A stretch of DNA of 64,000 bases from Candidatus Dormiibacterota bacterium (GTDB taxonomy: Bacteria; Chloroflexota; Dormibacteria; Aeolococcales; Aeolococcaceae). The position numbers and the translations under genes were made by a program. Below, one piece after another: positions 10,268 through 21,156 of this stretch. Position 1 is the stretch's first letter, and the number at the start of each line of letters is the position of its first letter. The stretch lies in NCBI GenBank assembly GCA_963718525.1, contig OY970355.1, positions 96,001 to 160,000 of the forward strand, written 5' to 3'. Under the pieces are notes generated by a model. It made no database searches and was not told the origin of the DNA. It saw only the letters and a program-made list of their open reading frames with translations.

Positions 10268-11444
10268 TCAGAAGTTGATCCGGGTGATCGCAGCGCGCGA
10301 GTTCGTGACCCGCATTCGAACGCGGGTCTTCGCGATCTCGACCGTGCTGGTGCTCATCGGGGTTGGCGCCTACATCCTGCTCCAGGCATATGTGTTCAAC
10401 CAGTCGACGACGACGTCGCTCGATGTCGGATTCGTCGGAGCCGCGCAGTCGATCGCGGCACCGGTGCGCGCCGAGGCATTGAGTTCTGGGGTGACCGTAA
10501 CCGTCCATCCCTACACGTCGGAAGCGGCCGGACAGGCGGATGTACAGAGCGGCACCCTCAACGCCCTGGTCAGCGGATCCGGAGCCAGTACCATCGTGTC
10601 TGTTCAGTCGACGGTCGATCCGACACTGCTGACGGCCCTCAACGACCAAACCCGCCAGCAGGTGCTGAGCCATTACCTGACACAGCATGGTCTTCCCCCA
10701 AGCGACGTCATCGACCAGCTCGCGTTCTCGGTGAGCGTCAACGAGCTCTCGCCCGTCAACGCCGCGCGACTGGAACAGATCGTCATCGGCCTGCTGGTTG
10801 CGGGAACGCTCTACGTCACCGTGCTCGCCTACGGTCAGTTCGTCGCGGCCGGAGTGATCGAAGAGAAGTCGAACCGAATCGTCGAGATCCTGCTCGCGAC
10901 GGTGCGACCGTGGCAGCTCATGTTGGGCAAGATCATCGGCATAGGCCTGGTGGCGCTCGTGCAGGTCGGGCTCGTGGCCGGTGTCGCCCTGGTGCTCGCC
11001 AGTGCCACCAAGCTGGTGTCGATCCCGACACTCAGTGTCGATGTGGTCATCAGTGGCGTGGTGTGGTTCGTGCTGGGCTACCTGATGTATGCACTGCTCT
11101 TTGCTGCTGCGGGCTCGATGGTGTCTCGCCAGGAGGAGGTGTCCGGCGTGGCGTTGCCGGTGATTCTCTTCCTCGTCGCTGCGTGGATCCTCGCACTCAC
11201 CGTCGCCGCGCCCGATCCCGGGAGCACGGCGACCACCGTCTTCTCGTTCATCCCGCTGTTCTCGCCGGTGATCATGCCAGTGCGAATCGCGGCGGGGGTT
11301 GTGCCTTTCTGGCAAGTCGCAGTCAGCGTGGTCGTCGTTCTCGCGACGATCTACCTCCTGGCAGCGTTCGCGGGTCGGATCTACCGCAATTCGGTACTGC
11401 GCACCGGGGGCCGCGTCAAGCTCGCTGAAGCCCTGCGGCGGTAG
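10260..11444 (+). CDS. ABC-2 type transporter permease
   Basis: EEKSNRIVEILL motif, 6 TMs, overlaps ATPase gene. Confidence 0.9.
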   Translation: MDSQKLIRVIAAREFVTRIRTRVFAISTVLVLIGVGAYILLQAYVFNQSTTTSLDVGFVGAAQSIAAPVRAEALSSGVTVTVHPYTSEAAGQADVQSGTLNALVSGSGASTIVSVQSTVDPTLLTALNDQTRQQVLSHYLTQHGLPPSDVIDQLAFSVSVNELSPVNAARLEQIVIGLLVAGTLYVTVLAYGQFVAAGVIEEKSNRIVEILLATVRPWQLMLGKIIGIGLVALVQVGLVAGVALVLASATKLVSIPTLSVDVVISGVVWFVLGYLMYALLFAAAGSMVSRQEEVSGVALPVILFLVAAWILALTVAAPDPGSTATTVFSFIPLFSPVIMPVRIAAGVVPFWQVAVSVVVVLATIYLLAAFAGRIYRNSVLRTGGRVKLAEALRR

Positions 11445-11448
11445 GAGC

Positions 11449-13308
11449 TCAGGCGAGCGCCGATTCAGCGGGATCCGCGCCGGCCAGCTCACGAAGCGAC
11501 ATCGGGGCGACAGCGATGCGATCGCGCCCGTCTCGCTTCGCCTGGTACATCGCATGGTCGGCAGCCGCGACCACATCGTCGAGCTCCTGTCCATGATCGG
11601 GGAACACTGCGACGCCGATTGATGCGGTGACACGCGCGATCTCCGACGTCGGGGCGCGCAGTTCCGCGATCGCCGACTGCAGCGCCTGAGCAACCCGCAT
11701 CGCGCCGTCGACCGTCGAATTGGTCAGGACGATCAGAAACTCCTCGCCGCCATACCGGACTGCGTAGTCACTGTCGCGAACCACGCGACGGATGGCGCGC
11801 GCCACCGCGCGGAGCACTGAATCCCCGGCGGCGTGTCCAGCGCTGTCGTTGACCTGCTTGAAGTGGTCGAGGTCCAGGAGCAGGATGCCGACGCCCGCAC
11901 CAGTCCGGAGGCTCTGGGCCATGACCCGCGGTCCCATGTCCCGCCACCAGCGGATGTTGAACAACCCGGTCAGCGCATCAGTCAGGGCTCGCCGTTCCAG
12001 CTCGCCGTACATCTGGGCGTTGCTCCAGGCCGCCGCGGTGACGAAGCCCAGCAGCGCGCACCGCTCGAGATCCTCCTCTGTGAACGCGTCGAGCCCGTCG
12101 CGCCAGATGTCGATGACCCCGAGGCGCTGATCACCCGCTACCAGCGGAATGGCGAGCAGGGATTCCGGTTCACGAGCGGTGCCCGGAATGGTCGAGGCGG
12201 CAGGGTGCGAGTCGGTGTCCGCGCACCGGTACGGCTGTCCGCGCGCAAACGCCCAACCGGTGATGCCTTCGTTCAGGGACACCTCCATCTTGAGGAACCC
12301 CTCGGTTCCAGCGCCGGCAAGAACGCGGGGGCGGAATCGGTGACGTTCCCAGTCCGCTTCGAAGATGGCGAGCCGATCGGCTGCCGTCACGCGACTGAGA
12401 CGTTCCGCGGCGATCTCGAGAATGCGCTCCGGGTCGTGTTCGGCCTGAAGCGTCCGAGCGGCATCCACGAGAAATCGGGCAAAGCTTCGATCGTCGAGCG
12501 TGCCGTCGCCAGCCACCGGCAGCGGGGTCATCTCGATCGGCGCGCGCAGCGTGTCGCCGCGCTCCCGGAAGACCCGGACCTCGCGGCGCTGGAACCAGGC
12601 GACCGGCACCACCTCGTCCATCGGCTGGGCCAGCCCGGCATCGACGACGAGCGGATGTGCGAGATGGGGCCCGACGCCGTACTGGACCCCGAGTTCGGCC
12701 ACCGCGGAGGCTGTTCCCTTGCTGTCGATGCCGCGCGCGACGATGCGGCCTCCGAGCCGGGCGACATACACGACGGCTGCCGCGAGGTGGGCCTTGGCCA
12801 CCTCGTTGTCATTCAGGCCGGCGGGCACAGACGCGTCGAGAAAGACGAAATCCGGTCGGAGATCAGCGATCAGCCGCCGATCGAGCGCTGGTGACAGGAC
12901 CCCGTCGACCGCCAGCAGGAAGCCGAGATCACGGAGTGCCAGGAGGCGTCGCAGCCCCGCGTCGTCGAGATCGGCGTCGATCTCGCTGTGGATGATCCAG
13001 CCGATCTCAGCGGGGTTCACATGATGGTGCTGCGCCATCGCCGCTAGATTGAGATCGTTCGCGGCCAGCACATCGCGGTGCAGCGGAACGAGCAGGACGG
13101 CCGGACCGGTGTGCTGCGCGAACGCCAGGGCGGAGGGGATGAGCGAGCCCGATGGGAGCGCGGCTGGGCGCGGGAGCGCCTCATACCCCAGGTCGACGCG
13201 GTCGATGAGGTCGATCACCGGCTGCAGCGCCACTCCGGTTCCTGCCGGTTTGACGGCACGATCCGACGCAACGCCGCCCATCACTGCAGATTTCAAGCTG
13301 TCCCCCAC
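11449..13308 (-). CDS. Degenerate EAL-GAF-GGDEF diguanylate cyclase
   Basis: GYEALPRP; GAF domain; DLDHFKQVND...RYGGEEF. Confidence 0.88.
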   Translation of the reverse strand: MGDSLKSAVMGGVASDRAVKPAGTGVALQPVIDLIDRVDLGYEALPRPAALPSGSLIPSALAFAQHTGPAVLLVPLHRDVLAANDLNLAAMAQHHHVNPAEIGWIIHSEIDADLDDAGLRRLLALRDLGFLLAVDGVLSPALDRRLIADLRPDFVFLDASVPAGLNDNEVAKAHLAAAVVYVARLGGRIVARGIDSKGTASAVAELGVQYGVGPHLAHPLVVDAGLAQPMDEVVPVAWFQRREVRVFRERGDTLRAPIEMTPLPVAGDGTLDDRSFARFLVDAARTLQAEHDPERILEIAAERLSRVTAADRLAIFEADWERHRFRPRVLAGAGTEGFLKMEVSLNEGITGWAFARGQPYRCADTDSHPAASTIPGTAREPESLLAIPLVAGDQRLGVIDIWRDGLDAFTEEDLERCALLGFVTAAAWSNAQMYGELERRALTDALTGLFNIRWWRDMGPRVMAQSLRTGAGVGILLLDLDHFKQVNDSAGHAAGDSVLRAVARAIRRVVRDSDYAVRYGGEEFLIVLTNSTVDGAMRVAQALQSAIAELRAPTSEIARVTASIGVAVFPDHGQELDDVVAAADHAMYQAKRDGRDRIAVAPMSLRELAGADPAESALA

Positions 13309-13574
13309 ATTGGTTCTCCGGTCAGCACCGTTCCCCCGTAGGCCCCGTCACACCTTCGCACCGAGCGTCCGACAAATCTGTCTCGCTAGCAGGCCCGGCG
13401 TCACGCGGCTTCTCGCGGCTGCCCGGATGGGCAACCCCAACTCACGACTCACCTTCACGCGGCGGAGGAGCGGGACGCCGCCGTCCAGCGTGTCGGCGGC
13501 GTCCACTACCCACTCCGATCTCACCTGGGGGCGCTCGCGGTTCAGCGGCACACCCCGTCTGGTTCGAATTCCGA

Positions 13575-13709
13575 CTAGTGCACGTGCACCAATGCTTGCG
13601 GCGTGTCGTTGAGTGTCGACGCCGACGCCGCAATGGTCGCCGTCCCCAACGTGAGACTTGCGACTGCGATCACGATCCCCAGTCTGACCCAGCGGTTCAG
13701 CCTACCCAT
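13575..13709 (-). CDS. Small secreted peptide (44 aa, signal peptide-like)
   Basis: GAGGAGG RBS just upstream of ATG; MGRLNRWVRLGIVIAVASLTLGTATIAASA-STLNDTPQALVHVH. Confidence 0.55.
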   Translation of the reverse strand: MGRLNRWVRLGIVIAVASLTLGTATIAASASTLNDTPQALVHVH

Positions 13710-13935
13710 GACGATCCTCCTCAGGACGGTGCCCCTTTTTGACGGTAGGGACATTGTCTTAAGACCACTGCGACGCCCTGCCCTCCCAAGCGGTGACGGG
13801 GTGGTTACGCGGGACTTCGCAACGTATGGCCGAGTTCGGACGGCCCGAGGTCCCACATCTCGGTCCGCTATTGATGTCGCCCTGCGACATGCTCGTCACC
13901 GGGTCCGCGGTTGGCGCGTCCGATCCTGCGACGAA

Positions 13936-16419
13936 ATGCAGCAGGAAACGGGCCATGCCTACTCGTCGCGGCGCGCGCTGCGTACGCTCTCGCAGCTCAG
14001 CCGCAGCATCGCGCGGGCCGAGTTGCGAGACGAGCTGCTCGAACTCACCGGCGGCTGCCTCCGCGACCTCGGATTCCGCAGCTACCTGGCCGAGCTCGAG
14101 GGCGATCACATCAGGTTGCTCGCCGATCCGATCGAAACCGAGTCGCTCGCCCGCGTCGAGACGATCCTCGGTCAGCCGCTGAGCAGCCTCCACCTTCGAA
14201 CCAGTGCACTCCCCTGCGTGCACGCCGCGGCTTCGAGACGCTCACCGGCGACCACCACCGACCTGGCTTCGGCGTTCATGAGCCTGGTGCCGCACCTCTC
14301 GGGAAGCGAGCGGACCGCCCTGCAGCACGAGATCGGTTCGGGTCCGTTCACTGCCGTCCCGGTCGAGCGTGGCGACGACCTGCTCGGCGTGCTGATCACC
14401 TGGTGCACCGGACGCGAGGCGCTCGACGCGCTGCCATTCCTCCAGGTGGTGGCGGCCCAGCTGGGACCGGCCTGGAGGCGCCTCGGTGAGGCCCTCCTTC
14501 CCACACCGGTGCGTGACGATGAGCCCGGGACGACGCCGGACCTGATCCGGGGGCTGATCGACTCGGGCGGCATTCGTCCGGCAATGCAGCCGATCGTCCG
14601 GCTGCTCGACGGCGTCACGCTCGGGTATGAGTTGCTCTGCCGCATCAACCCCGGGGCGGGCCCGCAGGTCCCGAGCGCACTCTTCGACGCTGCGGGTGAT
14701 TCGATGGAGAAGGCCCTGGATGAGGCATGCATCCGCGCCGGCCTGGCGGGCAGCATCCACACGCTGCCCGCGACCCTGTTCCTCAACGTGATGCTGCCGA
14801 CGCTGGCGCAGCCCAACGCCGCGGTGCGGCTGGCCAAGTTCGCGGAGGATGCCGGCGTCCGACCCGAGCACGTGGTCCTCGAAGTGAGCGAGCGCGTCCC
14901 CGTCCCCAACGTCGCTCGTCTGCGTCGCGTCGTGGCCGACCTTCGCTCGCGCGGGTTTCGTATCGCCATCGATGACGCCGGCGCCGGCCACGCAAGCATG
15001 CTGGTGATCGCCGAGGTTCGCCCCGACTTCATCAAGATCGACCGCGACCTCATTCGCGGCGTTCACTCAAGCGATTCACGCCGCGCCCTCGTGGTGTCGA
15101 TGCTCTCGTTCGGCACGCACATCAACGCGCGCATCATCGCCGAGGGCATCGAGACCGAGGCCGACCTCAAGACCCTGATGGACCTCGGCGTGCAATTCGG
15201 CCAGGGCAACGTCCTCAGCGAACCGGTGATTCTCGGCGAGCCGGCAGTCGAGGGCGCCACCCTCGTGCAGCCGTCATGGTTCGCAACACGGCGCGTCGAG
15301 TGCTTCCCCGCGACAGTCGAGCCGGCCGCCCCGAGCCATGAGCCGCCCCGCCGCCGGCCCCACCCCGCGCTGCCGGCGCCGGAGAGCCTTCCCCACGCGC
15401 TCAGCCGCGCCGCGCTGGCACTGCAGGCTGAGCATGATCCGCAGCGCATCCTCGCGGCGATTGCCGAGCAGTTGCAGCGCGTTGTGCCGGTCGACGACCT
15501 GTCGATCTACGAGGCGGATCACAATCACCATCGCTTCGTCGCCGCCTTCGCAACCGGCCGTCAGGCCGCCGAGATCATGGCCGACGTCTTCTCACTGTCC
15601 GTCGGCGTCAATGGTTGGGCCTTTGCGCTCGGCACGCCGCAGAATCTCGGCAACGCGGGTGCACACCCGGCAGCGGCCGCAGTGCCGAACACGCCGTTCG
15701 AGCACGAGTCACTGTTGTTGATCCCGCTCATGGCCGGCGACCACAAGCTCGGCATGCTCAACTGCAGGCGGATGGGGCTCAACCGATTCACCGACGAAGA
15801 CCTCGAGACGGCGACGCTGTTCGGACACACCGCGGCGATGGCGTGGCACAACGCCCAGCTCTACCAGGAGCTCGCACGGCGCGCGGCCACCGACGGTCTC
15901 ACGGGTCTGTACAACAGCCGTTGGTTGCGTGAGGCGGGCGAACTCGAGATCGCGGACTGCCGGCGACGCGGGATGCCGCTCAGCGTTGTGCTGGTCGACC
16001 TCGATCACTTCAAGACGGTCAACGACAGCGGCGGTCACGCTGCCGGCGACGCGGTATTGCAGCGCGTCGCCGCCGAGCTGCGGCGCATCACCCGTGCGGG
16101 CGACGCCGCTGTCCGACTTGGCGGCGAGGAGTTCATCCTCGTGCTCAGAGACGCCGATGGGTCGGGCGCAGCGCGCGTCGCGGCCGATCTTCGTCGGGCG
16201 CTGCGCAACGTCCCGATTCCGGCTGCGTGCTCCGGGATCGACCACGTCACCGCGTCGATCGGGATCGCCAGTTTCCCGGACCAGGGGTCGCGGCTCGAGG
16301 ATCTGATCCGTGCCGCCGATATCGCCATGTATCAGGCCAAGCGCGAGGGCCGCGACCAGGTCAGGCTCTCGCTTTTGGCGTCAGTCACCGAGCCGGTAGC
16401 GGAGGACGCGATCGCCTGA
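13936..16419 (+). CDS. GAF-EAL-GAF-GGDEF c-di-GMP enzyme
   Basis: GYELLCR, DDAGAGH, IAEGIET (EAL); DLDHFKTVND...LGGEEF (GGDEF); start codon uncertain. Confidence 0.9.
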   Translation: MQQETGHAYSSRRALRTLSQLSRSIARAELRDELLELTGGCLRDLGFRSYLAELEGDHIRLLADPIETESLARVETILGQPLSSLHLRTSALPCVHAAASRRSPATTTDLASAFMSLVPHLSGSERTALQHEIGSGPFTAVPVERGDDLLGVLITWCTGREALDALPFLQVVAAQLGPAWRRLGEALLPTPVRDDEPGTTPDLIRGLIDSGGIRPAMQPIVRLLDGVTLGYELLCRINPGAGPQVPSALFDAAGDSMEKALDEACIRAGLAGSIHTLPATLFLNVMLPTLAQPNAAVRLAKFAEDAGVRPEHVVLEVSERVPVPNVARLRRVVADLRSRGFRIAIDDAGAGHASMLVIAEVRPDFIKIDRDLIRGVHSSDSRRALVVSMLSFGTHINARIIAEGIETEADLKTLMDLGVQFGQGNVLSEPVILGEPAVEGATLVQPSWFATRRVECFPATVEPAAPSHEPPRRRPHPALPAPESLPHALSRAALALQAEHDPQRILAAIAEQLQRVVPVDDLSIYEADHNHHRFVAAFATGRQAAEIMADVFSLSVGVNGWAFALGTPQNLGNAGAHPAAAAVPNTPFEHESLLLIPLMAGDHKLGMLNCRRMGLNRFTDEDLETATLFGHTAAMAWHNAQLYQELARRAATDGLTGLYNSRWLREAGELEIADCRRRGMPLSVVLVDLDHFKTVNDSGGHAAGDAVLQRVAAELRRITRAGDAAVRLGGEEFILVLRDADGSGAARVAADLRRALRNVPIPAACSGIDHVTASIGIASFPDQGSRLEDLIRAADIAMYQAKREGRDQVRLSLLASVTEPVAEDAIA

Positions 16420-16445
16420 CCAACTGCGCGACTCGCGCACGTCGG

Positions 16446-18043
16446 CTAATGAATGCCCCCCTCCTGCGGGGGCTTTGCCATTCGTCGTGCCGGGTGCGCA
16501 ACCAGGGTGTACAGGGCACCGAGGACGACGATGATGACGACGATGACCAGCGTGATCCAGTCGTAGTTGAACAGCGCGCCTCTCGGGCTGGTGATCCCTG
16601 ATGGGAGCAGGATGTTCACCAGCATGACCACGAGCCATACGCATCCCGCCACCATCACGGGAATTGCCCAGGCGCCCAGCCGGAACGCTCCCTGCGCCTG
16701 CCAGCCGCGCAGCCTGGCGATCAGCGCCGCAATCACCACCAGCAGGAACGACAGGTAGATTCCGGATACGGCGAACGACACCAGGAGAAAGAGCGCGTTC
16801 ACCTTCGCCGGGATGGTGATGAACGCGATTGTGATGTTCGATGAGGGTGTGAAGCGCGCGAGCACCGCGAACAGCGCGGGGATGACCGCCGCAACCAGCA
16901 GTGCATTCACCGGGGTCCTGAAGCGCGGTGACACGTGCGCGAGACTCCGGCTCGCGGGTAGCGCCCGGTCGCGGCTGTACGAGTAGATGAGCCGTGCGGC
17001 TGCAGCCTGAATCGCCAGGCCGCAACTGAAGAAAGCGAAGCACACGACGAACAGCGCGACGTCCTGGATGAACTGGCTGGAGACGTTCGAACCGATCAGA
17101 AACGGCACGCCACCAGCCACGGTCTGACCGAGCCCGTGTGCACCTGCGGGGATCGCGAGCAGCAATGCCCCGACGAGCACGAAGCTGGTCACCCCCGCGG
17201 TGAGCAGCGACGAGATGATCGCCCGCGGCACGCGCTTCGATGCCTGGACGACCTCCTCGGCTACGTCCCCTGCCGAACTCGAAACCGTAGAAGATGTACA
17301 CGTGCGCCAGGATGGCGACGAACGCAGCCCCGAGCCACCAGTGCCCGCCGAAGTCAACGCCGAGAGGATTCGTTGTCGCGGTCTCGGTGCCCTGGGTGGT
17401 GAAGAGGTAGTCGAACCCGTGGTGAAAACCGGTGATCGCCAGCATGATGGCGATCCCGAATGTGCCGATGATCTCGAAGTAGACACCGATCTGTGAGATG
17501 CGTCCGAGGAAGTTGACCCCGCCGACGTTGAACGCGAGCTGAATCACGATCAGCACGACGGTGAAGATGAGGATCTGATTCGGGTCTGTCGAGTTGAAGT
17601 TGGTGTGGAAGATGTTGTTGAGGAGCGGGGCGGCGTAGATGACCAATCCCGTGTCCACAGATGCTACGGTCATGATCAGCGCCCAGCCGTAGATCCATCC
17701 AACCCACCAGCCGTAGCCCGGTCCGATCAGATTCTTGCCCCATTGGAACAGGGCACCCGCGATCGGGTAGTGGCTGCCAAGCTCGGCGAAAACGAGCGCC
17801 ACGAAGAGCTGACCCAGGACCACGATCGGCAGCAACCAGATGTATCGCGGGCCGCCGGCTCCCACGCCGAGCACGAACAGCGAATAGATGCCGACGACCG
17901 GTGAGATGTAGCAGAACGCGACCGCGAAGTTCTCGAACAGGTTGAGGAACTCGGCGCAACTCCTGCCGGTACCCGAACGTGGCAAGTTGGGCGGCATCCA
18001 CGTCAGCCGCATCCGGGGTGGAGACAATGGTTTCGCCACTCAT
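16446..18043 (-). CDS. APC-family amino acid permease with two apparent frameshifts (~17950, ~17280)
   Basis: Three ORF pieces join: GYRQELRR / LFENFAVAFCYISP...YIFYGFE / SAGDVAEEV...; pseudogene or sequencing error. Confidence 0.85.
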
Positions 18044-18163
18044 GTGCGCCTCCTCCGTGCCTGACCGCCCCAGCAGGCGGCACGCGGCCGGAAGTATCGA
18101 TCAGCGGCTATGGCATCCGCAAGGGTCGTCGCACACGGCCGCTCCGATACCGTAACCGCGGCC

Positions 18164-19003
18164 ATGCCCCTCCCCCTCTCGCCGCTGACGGCCATGGCGT
18201 CCGCTGTCACCCTGGGCATCGCCGACTTCACCGGCGGGTTCGCGGGAAGGAGAAGCAGCGCACCGAGCGTCGCCCTTGCCGTGGAATCGGTCGGCCTTGT
18301 CGCAGTGCCACTCGCGTGTGTGCTCCTCCCGCACGGCTGGGACGCGCAGGCCGCACTCCAGGCGTTCGCCGGCGGGGCTATTGGTGGACTGGGCCTGGTG
18401 GCGTTCTATCGCGCCATGTCGTTGAACCTCATCGGCGTGGTCGCCCCGATCACAGGATTCGTTGCCGCAGCCCTGCCGGTCGCGGTGGGACTGATCGGCG
18501 GCGATCACCTCGCACTCTGGCAAATCGGCGGCGTTGCCGTCGGGCTCGTCGCACTCGTGCTCATCAACGGTCCCAGCCGCGACGTCGCAAGCAACGCGCG
18601 GGTGGGCGTGACCCTCGCGCTGTTCGCCGGAGTTGCCTTCGGTCTTTTCTTCATCCTGTTCCACGCCGCAAGCCACGCGGGCGTGACCGCATTCGTGAGT
18701 GGACGGTTCGGCTCGGCCGCCGCCGCCGTCGGCACCGCACTGGTGACCAGGACTGAACTCGTGGTCCGGCGGAGCGTGCTTCGCATCATCGCGATTGGCG
18801 GACTCTTCGACGGAACCGGCGTCGTGCTCTATCTCTACGCGACGCACTCGGGGCTGCTGTCGGTGACCGCGCTGCTCACCTCGTTCTATCCCGCGTTCAC
18901 CGTGCTCTGCGCGCGCCTCTTCACCCACGAGCGCATGACGCCGCTGCAGTCGCTGGGTGCGGCGCTCGCGGTCATCGCGATTGCGATGATCGCCATACCC
19001 TGA
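18164..19003 (+). CDS. EamA/DMT family transporter
   Basis: GIADFTGG start motif, ~10 TMs, SFYPAFTVL. Confidence 0.85.
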   Translation: MPLPLSPLTAMASAVTLGIADFTGGFAGRRSSAPSVALAVESVGLVAVPLACVLLPHGWDAQAALQAFAGGAIGGLGLVAFYRAMSLNLIGVVAPITGFVAAALPVAVGLIGGDHLALWQIGGVAVGLVALVLINGPSRDVASNARVGVTLALFAGVAFGLFFILFHAASHAGVTAFVSGRFGSAAAAVGTALVTRTELVVRRSVLRIIAIGGLFDGTGVVLYLYATHSGLLSVTALLTSFYPAFTVLCARLFTHERMTPLQSLGAALAVIAIAMIAIP

Positions 19004-19014
19004 CGGCGATCAGC

Positions 19015-21105
19015 TCACCCGATGGCGCGACGTATGAATTCGAGCGCGAGCAGCAGGAGATTCTCAGCGATCGTCTCGTCGCTCGCCATGTGCGTCGCGC
19101 CGCTGAGAGGAAGCACCGTGTGCTCGCGTCCCGCCGCAAGCAGTGCGCCGGAGAAGCGCAGTGTGTGAGCAACCACGACGTTGTCGTCACTGAGCCCGTG
19201 GATGAGCATGAGGGGGCGAGTCAGCCGGGCTGCGTCAGCAACCAGCGAGACCGCCGCATAGTTCGCCGGCTCGACATCGGGATGCCCCAGGTAGCGCTCC
19301 GTATAGTGCGTGTCGTAGAGGTGATCGTCGGTGACCGGAGCGCCCGCGACCGCCACATTGAAGACATCGGGCCGTCGCAGCACCGCCAGCGCGGCCAGAA
19401 AGCCGCCGAACGACCAGCCCCGGATCGCGACCCGAGCCAGGTCCAGATCCGGCCACTCCGCCGCCGCGGCAACCAGGCCGTCCACCTGGTCCTCGAGCAC
19501 TGGTGCCGCGTAGTCGCCGCGGATCGACCGAGCCCACTGCGGCCCGCCGCCCGGCGTGCCCCGCCCGTCGATCACGAGCACCGCAAACCCCTGGTCCGCG
19601 AACCACTGCGATTCCAGGTAGCCGCTCGCCGATGCGGTCACCTTCTGAGCTCCGGGACCGCCGTACGGATCGAGCAGCACCGGGAGCTTGCGGCTGCCGG
19701 GCTGGTGCCCGTTCGGCAGAACAAGCGCGGCGCGGAGGCCGCGATCACCGAGGGTCGCGAGGCGCACATTGACTCCGATCACCGGGGTCTCGGCGACGGA
19801 TTCGATCGTTCTGACATTGCGGCCATCGCGATGCACAGTCACTCGAACGCCGGGGTGGTCGAGATCCTGAGATGACAGCACGGTGGTGCCCCCCGACGTG
19901 CGAGCTCGCCACACACCCGGGGGGATGCCCTCCGGTTGAAACTGCGCGACGCCGTCCGCGCGTGACCACGTGTACACGCCCACCTCGGTGGGGATGCGCG
20001 AGGCCCTGAAGATGACCACGTCGCCGTCGACATCGAGAACGTCACGCACCTCGAGCTCCGGACTGGTGACCGGCTCGTCCCCGATGAGCAGTCGCTTCGC
20101 ACCGTCGCGGTCGGCGGTCCAGACCAGCGTCCCGTCGGGCAGCGTGGCGGGCACCCCGGTGACGATGTCGACCCACGCATCGTCGATGTCCTCGCGAACC
20201 ACCGACGTCGTGCCCGTCGACGTCTCCACCTCGAGGATCCGCATGGTGCGCTGGTCGCGGCTCTGCACCACAACCAGAAGACCATGCTCCGACCAGTCCA
20301 CCGTGGTGACGTACTCGAAGGCGACGCGATCCCAGTCCACCTCAACCGATCCCGAGCCGTCGACGGCGACGATGTGCAGCGTGACGTCCGCGTTGTCGGT
20401 CCCCGCCGCCGGATAGGCGACCGCGACCGGCGGGCGATCGGGATTGGCCGGATCCGCGATGAACCAGCGGCGAACTCGTGCGACGTCGACGCGGGCCGCG
20501 AGCACGCGAGACCCGTCGGGAGACCACCAGTACCCGCTCTGGCGCGACATCTCCTCAGCGGCAACAAACTCCGCGAGCCCATACGTGACGTCGTCGTTCT
20601 CCGGGCTCTTCAGCACGCGGGGTTCGTCGCCGTCGGTTCGCGACACATGGAGTGCGCCCGCTTCGACATACGCGATACGTGCGCCCGTCGGGTCGACGCG
20701 CGGGTCGATGGCCCGGCCGCTTGCCGCAAGTTCCGTCGCGGCGCCGGAGGCCACGTCCACCACGTAGATCCGTCCCGCGAGGTCGAATGCAACTCGGGTC
20801 ACGTCGCGGTTGGCGGAAAACCGCACGATCCCACCCGAGGATTCGCGCGCGCGCTCGCGACGCATCCGCTCCTCGGCGGGAACCTCGTCAACGTCGACCT
20901 GTGCCAGCGCGGCCGGGTCCACGATGAGGCGTTCCGTGCCGCTGTCCAGGTCGAACTGCCAGAGACACGTGGATGGATCCGTGCCGCTCCGCGTGCGCAG
21001 GAACAGCACACGCCGGCCATCCGGTGCGATGACGAAGTCTCGGGGCACGCCGAGGGCAAAGCGATGTGTCCGTGCCTGCTGTCGGGGAAAGCTCGTCTCG
21101 TTCAC
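19015..21105 (-). CDS. S9 family peptidase (dipeptidyl peptidase IV-like)
   Basis: GWSFGG nucleophile, DDNV, terminal His; DPP-IV propeller N-terminus. Confidence 0.93.
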   Translation of the reverse strand: MNETSFPRQQARTHRFALGVPRDFVIAPDGRRVLFLRTRSGTDPSTCLWQFDLDSGTERLIVDPAALAQVDVDEVPAEERMRRERARESSGGIVRFSANRDVTRVAFDLAGRIYVVDVASGAATELAASGRAIDPRVDPTGARIAYVEAGALHVSRTDGDEPRVLKSPENDDVTYGLAEFVAAEEMSRQSGYWWSPDGSRVLAARVDVARVRRWFIADPANPDRPPVAVAYPAAGTDNADVTLHIVAVDGSGSVEVDWDRVAFEYVTTVDWSEHGLLVVVQSRDQRTMRILEVETSTGTTSVVREDIDDAWVDIVTGVPATLPDGTLVWTADRDGAKRLLIGDEPVTSPELEVRDVLDVDGDVVIFRASRIPTEVGVYTWSRADGVAQFQPEGIPPGVWRARTSGGTTVLSSQDLDHPGVRVTVHRDGRNVRTIESVAETPVIGVNVRLATLGDRGLRAALVLPNGHQPGSRKLPVLLDPYGGPGAQKVTASASGYLESQWFADQGFAVLVIDGRGTPGGGPQWARSIRGDYAAPVLEDQVDGLVAAAAEWPDLDLARVAIRGWSFGGFLAALAVLRRPDVFNVAVAGAPVTDDHLYDTHYTERYLGHPDVEPANYAAVSLVADAARLTRPLMLIHGLSDDNVVVAHTLRFSGALLAAGREHTVLPLSGATHMASDETIAENLLLLALEFIRRAIG

Positions 21106-21156
21106 CCCGAAATGGTTGCGCAGTGGCTCGCCGGTTTGTCAGCCGCCCGGCGCGCC

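Noticed and set aside
8591-11693. Long antisense ORFs (e.g. 8591-10192, 10257-11693; also 24267-26228)
   Set aside because: Shadow ORFs of real genes, expected in high-GC DNA; no recognisable motifs.
16446-18043. Programmed frameshifting in the amino acid permease
   Set aside because: Both shifts look like single extra bases with no slippery motif, so sequencing error or pseudogenisation is more likely.
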